Translations under genes and position numbers: made by a program
Part shown: one piece after another, positions 51,243 through 61,481 of the stretch
Numbering within the stretch: position 1 is the stretch's first letter
Layout: every line of letters begins with the position of its first letter
Notes under the pieces: model-generated
The model's input: the letters and a program-made list of their open reading frames with translations, nothing else
The model's database searches: none
Told to the model about the DNA's origin: nothing
Source: Thermodesulfobacteriota bacterium
Lineage (GTDB): Bacteria > Desulfobacterota > Desulfarculia > JACQYL01
Assembly: GCA_963675595.2 (NCBI GenBank)
Contig: CAXXLZ010000001.1
Span: forward strand, 992,001 to 1,056,000
DNA length: 64,000 nucleotides
Direction of reading: 5' to 3'

Positions 51243-51750
51243 CCGTCAACACGGTTACTCTATTCTCGAGCTGTCGCTGGTTCTGTTTCTTCTGGCTCTG
51301 GCGTCGTTCATTGCTCTGCCTCGATTGGGAGCCGTACTCGTCGGCGGTCGGGCCGAGGGGGCCCTCCGCACGCTCACGGAGACGATTCATTACGCGCGAA
51401 GTACGGCGGCCGTGGGCGCACAGGACTTGTTTCTTCATCTGGACCTCCGGGAGGGAAAATACTGGCTGAGCCGGGACCCGTCTCTGATCTCGGAGCCCGA
51501 GTACACGGAGGACCTGGCGGAGATTCACCGGTTGCCGGCCGGTGTGAAATTCAAGGAAGTGACGACCCTGGGCAGGGGACGCGTTGCGGAGGGCAGGGTT
51601 ACGGTCCGGTTCTTTCCGGACGGGACCGTGGAGACCGCCGATCTTCACATCGAAGACCGGGACAGCCGGGAATTCACGCTTTCCATTCATCCTTTGACCG
51701 GGTCCGTGCACGTCGAGGAGAAATACATTGTCCAAAAAGGCCTCGGCTGA
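51229..51750 (+). CDS. gspH: Minor pseudopilin (GspH-like)
   Basis: GYSILE prepilin motif, FFPDG; operon position. Confidence 0.78.
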   Translation: MKISNRQHGYSILELSLVLFLLALASFIALPRLGAVLVGGRAEGALRTLTETIHYARSTAAVGAQDLFLHLDLREGKYWLSRDPSLISEPEYTEDLAEIHRLPAGVKFKEVTTLGRGRVAEGRVTVRFFPDGTVETADLHIEDRDSREFTLSIHPLTGSVHVEEKYIVQKGLG

Positions 51751-52096
51751 CTCCGGCTTCAGCCTTTTGGAGGTCATGGTGGCCCTGGCCGTGCTCTCCA
51801 TCGCCCTGGTGGCCGTGGTACGCAGTCAGGCCTCCGGAATGGACGCTCTGCAGGAAGCTCGTCGACGTACCGAGGCGACTTGGCTCGCCCAGATGAAAAT
51901 GTCGGAGCTTCGCGCGGAAGGCTTGGGGGGTTCCGGAACCGTAAACGGGACCTTCGAGGATGATTGGTCCGGGTACGAATGGGAGGTCAAAGTCAGCGTG
52001 CCTCCCGGCCTGGGTTGGGTGAATCGTGTCGCGGTCCGGGTATACTGGAAGCAGGGAGAGCGGAGGCACTACGTCGAGCTCGCCGGATATATGTAG
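51728..52096 (+). CDS. gspI: Minor pseudopilin
   Basis: GFSLLEVMVALAV; size and position. Confidence 0.82.
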   Translation: MSKKASADSGFSLLEVMVALAVLSIALVAVVRSQASGMDALQEARRRTEATWLAQMKMSELRAEGLGGSGTVNGTFEDDWSGYEWEVKVSVPPGLGWVNRVAVRVYWKQGERRHYVELAGYM

Positions 52097-52835
52097 CCCC
52101 CTCCGGGCGGCGGATGTAAACGGGCCGTGCCTGGAAACGATCGGGTGGAGACGCCTTGCTCGCGGCACGTGCGGCGCCTCGGGCTTCACGCTCCTGGAGG
52201 TCTTGATCTCCCTGACCGTGCTGGCGGTGGTCCTGACCATCACCTACGCGACCTTTTCCGCGACTACGGGACAGATCGGGGCGGTTCGGGAAAGCTCGGA
52301 AGTCCATCAGCAGGCACGGGTCATTTTTGAACGGATGTTCAAGGACCTGACCGGATGCGCGGTTTGCCTGCAGGATTGTGACTCGGCGGACCGAAACCGT
52401 GAACCGGTTTTTCGGCCCCTGGTGTGCGAAGGGAGCCTGGATGATCGGGCTTCCTTTACCACGTTGAGCTTTTCGTCCACGTCGCACTTGGCCATGACGG
52501 AGCGGACAAGGGGATTGGATCTTTCCGGCATCGTCTACCGGTTGGAGGAGGACGAATCCGACGCGGACCTGCTGATTCTGTCGAGGTCGGATGATCCCTA
52601 TCCCGGCACGTCGGACCTCGAAAGGCGCTTTCTGGTTTTGGGGGAACGGATCGTCCGCATCAGGCTCGAGTTCATCGACCGAGCCGGGGAAGCTCACGAG
52701 GAGTGGGATTCGTCGCGAGGGTCCCAAGCGGGTAGGCTTCCGCGACGAGTGCGCTTGAGTTTCACCATCAGGGCGAAAGATGGATCGGAAGTTCCTTTCA
52801 GTTCCGGCTGGGTCTTGCCGGCGGGCTTGCTCTAA
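52026..52835 (+). CDS. gspJ: Minor pseudopilin
   Basis: GFTLLEV, WDS...LPRRV; start uncertain. Confidence 0.78.
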   Translation: MSRSGYTGSRESGGTTSSSPDICSPLRAADVNGPCLETIGWRRLARGTCGASGFTLLEVLISLTVLAVVLTITYATFSATTGQIGAVRESSEVHQQARVIFERMFKDLTGCAVCLQDCDSADRNREPVFRPLVCEGSLDDRASFTTLSFSSTSHLAMTERTRGLDLSGIVYRLEEDESDADLLILSRSDDPYPGTSDLERRFLVLGERIVRIRLEFIDRAGEAHEEWDSSRGSQAGRLPRRVRLSFTIRAKDGSEVPFSSGWVLPAGLL

Positions 52836-53796
52836 CGCCTCCCGGCAATCCGGCGTGGCATTGGTGGTGGTCCTGTTGGTCACGGCCCTGTTGGTTTCCC
52901 TGGTGACGCACTTCACCTACGGAAGCCGCGTGGAACTGGCATTGTCGGGACACGCGTTGGACGCCCTGCGGGTCCACGGTCTGCTGCTGAGTGCCTATCG
53001 TTTGGGAACGCAGGTCCTGGTGCACGACGACAACGACTATGACGCTCCCACGGATCTTTGGGGAAGGAGCGACCTGCTTCCCTTGGGCATGTCCATGCTT
53101 TCGGAGTCCGCCCGGGTTTCCGGACAGATTACGGACGAGAGTTCCAAGCTCGACGTGAACCTGCTGGTGGACGATCGGGGAAAGGAAACAGGGCTTCTGC
53201 AGAAGGACATGCTGGAGCGTTTAACGAGATTGTTCGATTACCTGGAATTAGACACCGGACCCATCGACTCTTTGATGGATTGGATGGATCCCGACGACCT
53301 ACCTCGATCCGGAGGAGCCGAGTCATCTTACTATGAGGGCCTTTCCACTCCCTATGCCTGCGGCAACGGGCGACTGGAAACCCTGAATCAGCTTCTTCTG
53401 GTCCGGGGATGGACGCGGGAGATGCTTTTCGGAACGGAAAAAAAACCGGGGCTGGCGGCGTTTTTGACGGTGCATTCGGATCGGCGGGGAAAGGTGAACA
53501 TCAATACGGCTCCCAAAGAGGTACTCATCTCTTTGGATGAACGTATGGATGAACAAACCGTCGGCGAAATTCTGGCGTATCGTGCTTCGGAGCCCTTTGA
53601 AAAAACCGCGGACTTGAAAGAGGTGCCCGCAATCGACCAGACACTGTACTCCCGTTTGCTGGGCAAGATCACGGCTGAAAGTTCCTACTTTGCGCTGCGG
53701 ATGACGGCGGAGCAGGGCACGGCCCGTATGCGTCTGCACGCGGTGGTGCGTCGTACCGGGGGCAAAGTGGAGCCGGTTTATTGGAGAGCGGGATGA
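52780..53796 (+). CDS. gspK: Minor pseudopilin
   Basis: GVALVVVL, DESSKLDVN, DWMDPD, GAES..Y, VNINTA. Confidence 0.88.
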   Translation: MDRKFLSVPAGSCRRACSNASRQSGVALVVVLLVTALLVSLVTHFTYGSRVELALSGHALDALRVHGLLLSAYRLGTQVLVHDDNDYDAPTDLWGRSDLLPLGMSMLSESARVSGQITDESSKLDVNLLVDDRGKETGLLQKDMLERLTRLFDYLELDTGPIDSLMDWMDPDDLPRSGGAESSYYEGLSTPYACGNGRLETLNQLLLVRGWTREMLFGTEKKPGLAAFLTVHSDRRGKVNINTAPKEVLISLDERMDEQTVGEILAYRASEPFEKTADLKEVPAIDQTLYSRLLGKITAESSYFALRMTAEQGTARMRLHAVVRRTGGKVEPVYWRAG

Positions 53797-55310
53797 AGTC
53801 ATTGTTCGGTCCTTCCGATGTGGTGGGAATCGCCGTTGACCGTGACGAAGTTCGGTCCCTGGCGGTTTCCGTGACCATGCGAGGCGTCGAGATCGCCGGC
53901 TTGGCCCGGGCGGCCGTGCGTCGCGGGTCCGGAAGGTCCGAGGAAGAAGCGATCCTTGATGCCATGGAGGAACTGAAAGGGTCCTGGGAGACAACGCCCG
54001 AATGGTTGGTGACTGAACTTCCCTCTCGCGGGATCGTTGTCCGAAGACTGCGCGTGCCCAAGGCCGGTGTTGAGGCTGCGAACAATTTGGTCAAATATGA
54101 AATGGAGCCCCATCTTCCGTTCCAGGTGGACGAAGCCGTGGTGGACTTCATTTCAAGGGATCCCGGAGATAACGGGATGCTGGAAGTCCTGGCCATGGCC
54201 GCCGGGAAATCCGACGTGCGGGCTCACCTGGACCTGTTTGATCGCGCTTCCCTGGAATGCCGCCAAGTGGGCGCCGTGGGAATGGGGGCCTACCTGGCCT
54301 ACCGGTTCGCTGAGAAAGGCTCGGTCGATCAGGAAGGCGTCGCAGTGCTCGTGGATTACCGGAAAGAGGCGACGCACCTGGTGGCGTTCGATTCCAGGGG
54401 ACCTCTTCTCACACGTTCTTTGGAAATGGAGACGGTTTCCACCGAAACGGAGCCTCCGGTTGATCGAGACACCGCCCCGGATTCCGCATTCATCGAGCGG
54501 CTGGCCGCGGAGATTAAACGCACCGGGCTTCAGATTCGTGCGCGGATTCAGAGAATTGTGCTCGTCGTATCCGAGGCTGCGGATGAGCGGTTCTTGCGGG
54601 AGTTGGAGAAACATACGGAAATCCCCTGTGGGACCTGGAATCCACTCAAGAGTTTTCCCGTGCGTGAAGGAGCGGTTCAAGAGGATGACTTTGGGGCGGG
54701 TTTTGTCTCCATCCTGGGAATCGCCGCCACGGCCACTTTTCCGGCGTCCAAGCGTATCGATTTCCGACGAGACGAGTTCCAATTCAAAAAGCCGCTGACC
54801 GAGATCAAGGGGAAGCTCACCTACCTGTCGGTGATTTGCTTTCTCATTCTCGTGTTTCTCGGAGCCAATTTCTGGCTTCAGATTCGGACACGGAGCGAAC
54901 GCCTGGAAGGCATCAAAACGGAAATTCGACGCGTGTACAAGGAGACCTTTCCGGAAGCCAAGACCATTGTGAGCGAGCTTCAGCAAATGAAGACGGCCAT
55001 TGACAACACCCGCGAGTCTTTGACCGCCCTTGGGTTTCGGCCCGGAAGAATTCGAACCCTGGAACTGCTTTCCGATATCAGCAAGAGAATTCCCGAGAAC
55101 TCGGGTATCCGTATCACCGAGATGTCCATCGAGCCGGATTCCGTTCGCATGTCCGGGGAGGCGGGGTCCTTTGAAGCCATCGACGGTCTCAAGGAGCGGC
55201 TCATGGGAATCCCGGGCATTACTTCGGTTCAGGTGGAAGAGGCCAACCAGAGCCGTTTCGGCAAGGTCATCGAGTTCAGTTTGAGGACGGATCGCGAAGG
55301 AGCGCAATAA
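53793..55310 (+). CDS. gspL: GspL/PilM-PilN-like assembly protein
   Basis: Actin-like N-terminus (EPHLPF), single TM, periplasmic domain; position. Confidence 0.75.
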   Translation: MKSLFGPSDVVGIAVDRDEVRSLAVSVTMRGVEIAGLARAAVRRGSGRSEEEAILDAMEELKGSWETTPEWLVTELPSRGIVVRRLRVPKAGVEAANNLVKYEMEPHLPFQVDEAVVDFISRDPGDNGMLEVLAMAAGKSDVRAHLDLFDRASLECRQVGAVGMGAYLAYRFAEKGSVDQEGVAVLVDYRKEATHLVAFDSRGPLLTRSLEMETVSTETEPPVDRDTAPDSAFIERLAAEIKRTGLQIRARIQRIVLVVSEAADERFLRELEKHTEIPCGTWNPLKSFPVREGAVQEDDFGAGFVSILGIAATATFPASKRIDFRRDEFQFKKPLTEIKGKLTYLSVICFLILVFLGANFWLQIRTRSERLEGIKTEIRRVYKETFPEAKTIVSELQQMKTAIDNTRESLTALGFRPGRIRTLELLSDISKRIPENSGIRITEMSIEPDSVRMSGEAGSFEAIDGLKERLMGIPGITSVQVEEANQSRFGKVIEFSLRTDREGAQ

Positions 55311-55317
55311 GGCCGTC

Positions 55318-55848
55318 ATGAGAATCAGCCGGAGAGAGAAAATCTGGATTGCGGGTGGAGCGGGGGTTCTGCTTGTCTTGCTGGTTTTGTTGGGCGTGGT
55401 GCTGCCCGCCGTGCAGGCGGAAGACCGTTTGGACGCCCGCATCGCAAGCAGCCGAGAAACCCTGAAGGAGCTTCTGGTGCTTCGCGGGCAATGGGAGGAG
55501 ATTCAGGGGTATAATCGGCTGATCTCCAAGCGGCTCCGGGATCGGGGGCCCGACTTCTCCATGTTTCGTCACCTGGAGGAGCTGGCGCGAAAAGCCGGGG
55601 TCGACGACCATATTCAGTATATGCGCCCCGTCACCTTGGGGAGCCCCGAAGCGAGAGAAGGGATGATCCGCAAGAGCCTTGAGGTGAGACTGAACGGCGT
55701 GGGGCTGAATCAGTTGACGCGTTACCTGTATCTCATCGAGTTTTCGGAGAAACTTCTGGCGGTGGAGTCCATTCATCTCAAACCGGTGTACACGGATCCC
55801 CAACAGATCAACGTCACGTTTCGCGTGTTCACCCTGGAAAAGGCATAA
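55318..55848 (+). CDS. gspM: GspM-like protein
   Basis: SRRE-TM-coiled coil; position. Confidence 0.72.
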   Translation: MRISRREKIWIAGGAGVLLVLLVLLGVVLPAVQAEDRLDARIASSRETLKELLVLRGQWEEIQGYNRLISKRLRDRGPDFSMFRHLEELARKAGVDDHIQYMRPVTLGSPEAREGMIRKSLEVRLNGVGLNQLTRYLYLIEFSEKLLAVESIHLKPVYTDPQQINVTFRVFTLEKA

Positions 55849-55900
55849 AATGTTTCCCGCCTGTGGGCGGTAGTCCTTCTAAAGCAAGTCCCGTGTGCAC

Positions 55901-56782
55901 ATGTCCTTAATGTCGATTACAAATCGTAAGTGGTTTCCGGTTGCTCTCGTCGTCTGCTTCGGCCTGTTGGTCTTCGCGGTCTCTTTCTACCTCCTGTTCC
56001 CGTATGACAAACTGGTGGCGGCGGCGCTCGTCCGTGCGGAACGTGAAACGGCGCTGCAAATCGACGTGGCCCAAGTCCGGCCGGCCCTCTCGCCTGGAAC
56101 CCTTCTGCTGGACCGGGTTCAAATTTCCGCCCCCGCTTCTCGCGGAGGATGTACCATTCTCTCCGTTCCCCGGCTCAAACTGGGAATGGGACTCCTCTCG
56201 CCGTTTTCCTCCGAAAAGCGATTGCGCTACTCTGCCGGGATTTTCGACGGGACGGTTCAAGGGAATGTCCGTGCAGGTTCCGGAAATCGAATGTCGCTTT
56301 CCTTTGCCGCCGATGGTCTGAACCTCGGTCGGTGGACCCCGGACCCGAAGTGCGCTCCCATTTCGGTAGACGGCTTATTGAACGGAACCCTGGAATACGC
56401 GTGGAACCAAAACCGTCCGCATCTGGGCGAAGGTACGGCTAAAGCGACCTTGACCTCCGGGAAGGTGGGCGGGCTCAAGCCGTTGCTCATGATGCTGGAT
56501 GCCGTTCAGGTGGATCGTCTTGTGTTTTCGGCGGGCATTCAGGGAGGGAAACTGACGCTCGACGAACTTACCCTGGCGGCCAAGGAACTCGACGCCGAAG
56601 TAACCGGACTCGTGTTTCTGGCCGTACCGTTGCAGAACAGTCGCCTGAACCTCCGAATCAAGGCCGAAATGAAGGAAGAGGCCCGCAAACGGCAAGGAGT
56701 GCCCTTCAAAGAGATGGAGCTGGAAGTGCACGGCACGTTGGAGCGACCTCGCGCCCGATTGGTGCCGCGTCCCGCGCGTTAA
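55901..56782 (+). CDS. gspN: GspN-like protein
   Basis: N-terminal TM ending LFPY, beta-rich body, GTLERP C-terminus. Confidence 0.7.
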   Translation: MSLMSITNRKWFPVALVVCFGLLVFAVSFYLLFPYDKLVAAALVRAERETALQIDVAQVRPALSPGTLLLDRVQISAPASRGGCTILSVPRLKLGMGLLSPFSSEKRLRYSAGIFDGTVQGNVRAGSGNRMSLSFAADGLNLGRWTPDPKCAPISVDGLLNGTLEYAWNQNRPHLGEGTAKATLTSGKVGGLKPLLMMLDAVQVDRLVFSAGIQGGKLTLDELTLAAKELDAEVTGLVFLAVPLQNSRLNLRIKAEMKEEARKRQGVPFKEMELEVHGTLERPRARLVPRPAR

Positions 56783-56846
56783 ACCGTTGCAGGTCTATCG
56801 ACCTTCCGCTTGCGCAGAGGTAGGTTCGACTTGGGAACGCGTTGCT

Positions 56847-57797
56847 TCAGAAAGAAACGTTCATCAGCAGGCCTAGCCATCGGCGGTCGTTTCGCGGCAG
56901 GACCAGTTGGAGTCGGGAGTTTTCCACAAGACCTCGCAGGAATGCATCGTCCCGTGTCCGGTTGATCTTATGGGCATGGTTAACCGCATTATAGATGTTC
57001 CCGCCGTAGAAACCCAATTCGATCAAAGCCAATCCCCCGCCGATGACGTAGAGATCGTGGTCGAACGCCTCATAGGCTCCGAACACGAATAGACCATTCA
57101 GCAGCAGGGCCAAGCCCGCGTCCTTCCATTTGCCGCAATAGGCCTGCCCCGCGCCGGGCAGCACCCCCGAAAGGACTCCCGCGAGCTCCGGCGACTTGAC
57201 CGGTTCCACGGGACGTGACTTCAACCCTCCCTCCAACAACTCCGCCGCCTCTCCATAAGGAGGATTTGAACGAATCTCCTTCAAGGCCTCGCCGGCGTCG
57301 TGCCAGCGGTAGGCCTTCAGATGAACCCAGGCCAGGTCCCAGGCGGCGTGTTGGGCTTCCTCCGTGTCCGGCCGTCGACGGACCAGGCGATCCAGCACCT
57401 CGACGGAGACTTCGGGCCGCCCAAGCAGAACGTAGCACCGGGCCGCCTCCAAAGCGGCATCCCGACCTTCCGAATCGGGATATTCCGCCGCCAGAGTCCG
57501 GAATTCGGAAAGGGCCGCGTCGTAGGAACCCGTTTGAAACAGGCAATAGGCTTTGCCTTTTCGAGCTTTCGGCACATCGGGATGGTTGGGAAAGCGGGTT
57601 AGAAATCGCTCGTATTCCACAAGGGCAAGAATGTACTTTTCCTCCGCGTACAGCTCGTCGGCGAAGCTCAGCACGTCTTCCGGCGAATAGGCGGGTTCTC
57701 CGGCATGGATCGGCACGCACGGCCACCACGCCCAGAGGAGCACCAGGAGCAACGGAAGAAGACGTCGCATACGTTCAAGGGACCAGGGATTCGGCAA
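56847..57797 (-). CDS. Exported TPR (BamD-like repeat) protein with C-terminal hydrophobic KSPxLAxxLSxxxPGAGQxY region
   Basis: Signal peptide; FADELY...EYERF...FP TPR motifs. Confidence 0.78.
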   Translation of the reverse strand: MPNPWSLERMRRLLPLLLVLLWAWWPCVPIHAGEPAYSPEDVLSFADELYAEEKYILALVEYERFLTRFPNHPDVPKARKGKAYCLFQTGSYDAALSEFRTLAAEYPDSEGRDAALEAARCYVLLGRPEVSVEVLDRLVRRRPDTEEAQHAAWDLAWVHLKAYRWHDAGEALKEIRSNPPYGEAAELLEGGLKSRPVEPVKSPELAGVLSGVLPGAGQAYCGKWKDAGLALLLNGLFVFGAYEAFDHDLYVIGGGLALIELGFYGGNIYNAVNHAHKINRTRDDAFLRGLVENSRLQLVLPRNDRRWLGLLMNVSF

Positions 57798-58245
57798 TGG
57801 AGCGGGCCTCGGATCTGGAGGGTTTCGTGGTTTCCGCCGTGTGCCGACGGAAGTCGTTGGCCTTCACGGGATCGTGGAAGCATTGGAAACGCCCCTGCCG
57901 GTAGACGCGTTTCCCGTGTTCCATTTCATCGGCTTCATGATACAGGCGATCCACGGCCATGAACGTGCCCCAAAGGGCTCCGTGTTCTTCCAGCGCCTGA
58001 AGCGCGTACGCCGAACAACTGGGGCACATGGTGCATTTGTGCCAGGTGAAGGGCGATATGAAATGCCGGTAAAATTGTACCAGGGGAATGACCGTGTACT
58101 TGGCGATGCCGTGATCTGTTTTGGATTGGGGAGAATTCGCGGCGGAGCCTGCTCCCGAGGAGATGAAGAACAACCCGCATACGGCCGCGAAGAGCAAAAC
58201 GCGGCGTGGTGACACGCCCGGCCGACCTGGAAGTGAACATCGCAT
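57775..58245 (-). CDS. YidD-like membrane protein insertion efficiency factor homologue
   Basis: FYRHFISP...CTMCPSCSAYALQALEEHG...G...DRL; start uncertain. Confidence 0.7.
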   Translation of the reverse strand: MRCSLPGRPGVSPRRVLLFAAVCGLFFISSGAGSAANSPQSKTDHGIAKYTVIPLVQFYRHFISPFTWHKCTMCPSCSAYALQALEEHGALWGTFMAVDRLYHEADEMEHGKRVYRQGRFQCFHDPVKANDFRRHTAETTKPSRSEARSIAESLVP

Positions 58246-58574
58246 GCTGAAAGAGACTCTTCCGCCTGGATTCGATGTTTGAGGGATACGGCGGCCCCGG
58301 TGGAAACCCAAGGACGAATGCTCCAGTGCAATGGATATGCCCGAAGCGCCGCTTCGGTACGATTGCAGATTAGACACAGGTCCGCGTGGGGATTGTTATT
58401 ACTTCATGGGGCGCGTCAGGTCAAATCCCTCCCCATAAACGGAACACGTTTCAGGTCAAAGTGCGGGGACAGAGAGGTGTGGGCATGCTTCGAGGAGCGA
58501 TTGGAAAGAACTTGCCTCAGTTCTCGTTCGGCCTCATCGGAAGACCGGCCAAGCGCCGGCATGATTCGTCGCGA

Positions 58575-58870
58575 TGATCTTCACCGGCGATTTGTCTCTC
58601 CAATTCATCCAAGGTCGGCAGGATTTCCCGAATCGCCGACCGTAGCGGCTCGATATTCTTTTCGATGATTTGCCACAGCTCGGTGATACCGACACCTTCC
58701 TATTGGTGAATGAGGATATCTCGAAATCCCTCAAGTTCACGCCATGGTATTCCCGGATGCCGGCTTCGGTAATCTTCGGGAATCCGTGCATAAGTCGAGA
58801 TTAGACATGGTGGGCTTATGGTTTCGCGACAGCCGACTCTTTCGAATTCTCCAATCGTTTGAATCCTCGC
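58575..58870 (-). pseudogene. HepT/DUF86 HEPN toxin remnant
   Basis: IQTIGE...RHPGIPWRELEGFRDILIHQ*EGVGITELWQIIEK; in-frame TAG at 58700-58702; N-terminus missing. Confidence 0.7.
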
Positions 58871-58947
58871 CCGCCGATTGATATACTTTATAGTACATTG
58901 AATGAAACCCGAGAACCGCGGCATCCGACTGGAAGGGGATCTCAGAC

Positions 58948-60684
58948 ATGAAGAGCATCCGTTGGCGTACGATCCGGGGGGGAATCGTACTTGCGTTATT
59001 CCTGATTCCGGCCTGGGCGGGCGCGGAGCCCGTGCAGGAGCCCGTCCTTTTGAGGCAGCTCACGGGAACCGGCACCTCCTGGTTCGGTTCACCCATTATC
59101 CACAACTTAGGCGACGGTGAACGCAAACTCGTGGGAGCCTTTTACGACGTTTTCGTATGGGATCGGAATTTCAACAAGATCGCGGAGGCGCCCTCCGGGT
59201 CCGAATATCCTCACGAAGGCCGGGTCTACAGCCCTCCGGTGTGCGCCGATCTGGACCGGGACGGCATTTACGAAGTGGTGGTGGGGAGCAACAAGGGCAA
59301 AGTGGCGGCGTACGAATGGCGGGAGGGCACGCTGTCCATCAAGGCCGGTTGGCCCGCGGATTGTTGCGACGCGGACCAATGCCCCGAAGTCAGGGGATTG
59401 GCCGCCGGCGATTTGGACGGAAACGGGACCATCGAAGTCGTAGCCACCACCACTCAGACCAATGGAGGCGCCCAGGTTTTCGTGTTCCAAGCCGACGGGT
59501 CGTTGTACCAACCTCCGGGGCTGACCTTTCAGGCCTGGCCCAGGTACAACACGGAAACGGGTCCGGGAAACGACGCGGACGTCAACGGACCGGGAAATCA
59601 CGGATACGGCTGCTACGGACTCAATGTGGGTATCGGAAATCTGGACGACGATTCCGAACTGGAGATCGTGGTTACTTTCGACAACCACCAGATCAACGTG
59701 TTCCAGCATACCGGCGTGAGCATGTTGGCTTCCTCTTATTTCACCAACCGGTCGTCGGAATATCTTGGAAATCCTCTGAATTGGGGTCAGTTCATTCGTT
59801 GGTTCGACGCGGGGGTGGAGGAAGACCATTATCACCTGCACACGGGTGATTGGCCTCATCCTTCCACGGACAAATGGATGCAATGGACCCAGTCACCTCC
59901 CAACGTCGCAGACCTCGATTTGGATGGAAAGAACGAGGTGGTGTGCGTGTCCAATGTGGAGATGGACGTGCCCTACGATACCAAACACCATTCCGTGGTG
60001 GTTTTGGAAGGGGGGTACGGAGACGGTTCCAGGAGCGCGAGACGCCTCACGGGATGGGAGGCGCCCCCATCGTCGGATTACCCCTTGAGCCGGGAAGGGC
60101 ATACCTGGTATCCGCCGTCCAACCCGCCCGCACCCACTGTGGTGGACCTGGGGGGCGACCCGGGGCCGGAAATTCTGTACGGCGCCCACGACGGCCATGT
60201 TTATTGCCTGTCGGCGGACGCCCGGCTCCTATGGCGACGGGACATCCGGCACGGACGGGCGTTGATGTACGCTTCCGAAATCATGGCGGCGGATTTGAAT
60301 CGTGACGGCACCGCGGAACTGATTCTCACCACCTACGGCGACCCGGATAGCTTGGTACCGGATGTGCCTCACGGCTACCTGATGATTCTGACGTCGGACG
60401 GCGAGGTACTATACGATCTGGAACTGCCGGCGCAGGGCACCAACGGCAACGGCAAGGGGGCGCCGGCCGCTCCCACGGTTATGGACCTTACGGGGGACGG
60501 GCAGTTGGAAATTATTGTGCAGACTTTCGGGGTCGGTGCTTTTGTGTATTCGGTTCCGGGGTCCTCCGAAAATCTGCTCCTGTGGCCCACCGGTCGCGGC
60601 AACTATCTCCGCGACGGTCGACCCTGGCCGGCGCGTTCGCTCAAGAGACGCGTGCGACTCCCTTATGAAATCCTGCTTCAATGA
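58948..60684 (+). CDS. Secreted FG-GAP/VCBS-repeat beta-propeller protein
   Basis: Signal peptide; repeated D-L-D/N-x-D-G-x-x-E-(I/V/L) motifs. Confidence 0.85.
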   Translation: MKSIRWRTIRGGIVLALFLIPAWAGAEPVQEPVLLRQLTGTGTSWFGSPIIHNLGDGERKLVGAFYDVFVWDRNFNKIAEAPSGSEYPHEGRVYSPPVCADLDRDGIYEVVVGSNKGKVAAYEWREGTLSIKAGWPADCCDADQCPEVRGLAAGDLDGNGTIEVVATTTQTNGGAQVFVFQADGSLYQPPGLTFQAWPRYNTETGPGNDADVNGPGNHGYGCYGLNVGIGNLDDDSELEIVVTFDNHQINVFQHTGVSMLASSYFTNRSSEYLGNPLNWGQFIRWFDAGVEEDHYHLHTGDWPHPSTDKWMQWTQSPPNVADLDLDGKNEVVCVSNVEMDVPYDTKHHSVVVLEGGYGDGSRSARRLTGWEAPPSSDYPLSREGHTWYPPSNPPAPTVVDLGGDPGPEILYGAHDGHVYCLSADARLLWRRDIRHGRALMYASEIMAADLNRDGTAELILTTYGDPDSLVPDVPHGYLMILTSDGEVLYDLELPAQGTNGNGKGAPAAPTVMDLTGDGQLEIIVQTFGVGAFVYSVPGSSENLLLWPTGRGNYLRDGRPWPARSLKRRVRLPYEILLQ

Positions 60685-60792
60685 CGAGTTGTGTCCTCCA
60701 AGGGAAAGTCTTCCGACGACGTGCAACACCGATCTCGACGGAGGCGGGAAAGATTCGACCGGGCAAGAATGCGTCCTTCTCTAAAGTGCGGC

Positions 60793-60821
60793 TTGACAAA
60801 CGCCTTAGCTGGAAATAATAT
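60793..60821 (+). promoter_or_regulatory. Putative sigma70 promoter
   Basis: TTGACA-N17-TAATAT. Confidence 0.5.
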
Positions 60822-60848
60822 TGTTCAAACAAAGAAATCCGGAGTGAA

Positions 60849-61254
60849 CGTGACGACCCGTTTATCCAACTTGCCGATCCTTTTCGTCATGGTTTTCATC
60901 TTGGCGGTTCCCGCTTGGGGATTTCCGGTATCCGGATGTGCCATGGGGTGCTGCGACGTCCCCATGACGCACCGACCCGTGGATGAATGCCCCGATGCGG
61001 TCTATTTCGGCAAGAGTGGAGATTGCTGCTGCGGCTCTTTTGAGGCCTGTGCGGCGCCGGGAGTGCTCTCTACGTTGGCCGTCGGCTCCGTTCTCCGAGT
61101 CATGCCGGACAAACAGGTCCGGCATATGGCGGTTCGGTTGGAGGGGACGCCCTCCCTCGCCGCCGGCGGAAGCTTTACCTCCGGGCCGCCTATCATTTTC
61201 AGCGGCGGAGACACGCCACCCACCTATCTGCTTCATCGCGTCCTGCTGATTTGA
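60849..61254 (+). CDS. Small exported Cys-rich protein
   Basis: Hydrophobic N-terminus, CAMGCC / C / CCC / C cluster, C-terminal PTYLLHRVLLI; start uncertain. Confidence 0.55.
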
Positions 61255-61481
61255 TTCTTCTCCTCTCGATCCGGTCCGCATCCCGAAGCGGCACGGATCA
61301 TCGATCTCGATTAATCAAGTACTCTTAGAAGAACGGCCGAACCTGGGCGTAGCGGCCTCTTTGAGGCGGATTGCCGCCTGCGGTTGAGGACCGTGTGGAG
61401 GATCGAGTTGCCCTCCTCACAGAGGTTTGGCCGTTCGCATGGAATTCCAATTTCGAAAATCAGTGAGAAGGAGCATTGCAG

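Noticed and set aside
28994-58702. Genome-wide amber reassignment (two in-frame TAGs)
   Set aside because: TAG terminates intact genes here (e.g. 13835, 18228, 19501, 50754), and the HepT remnant has other lesions
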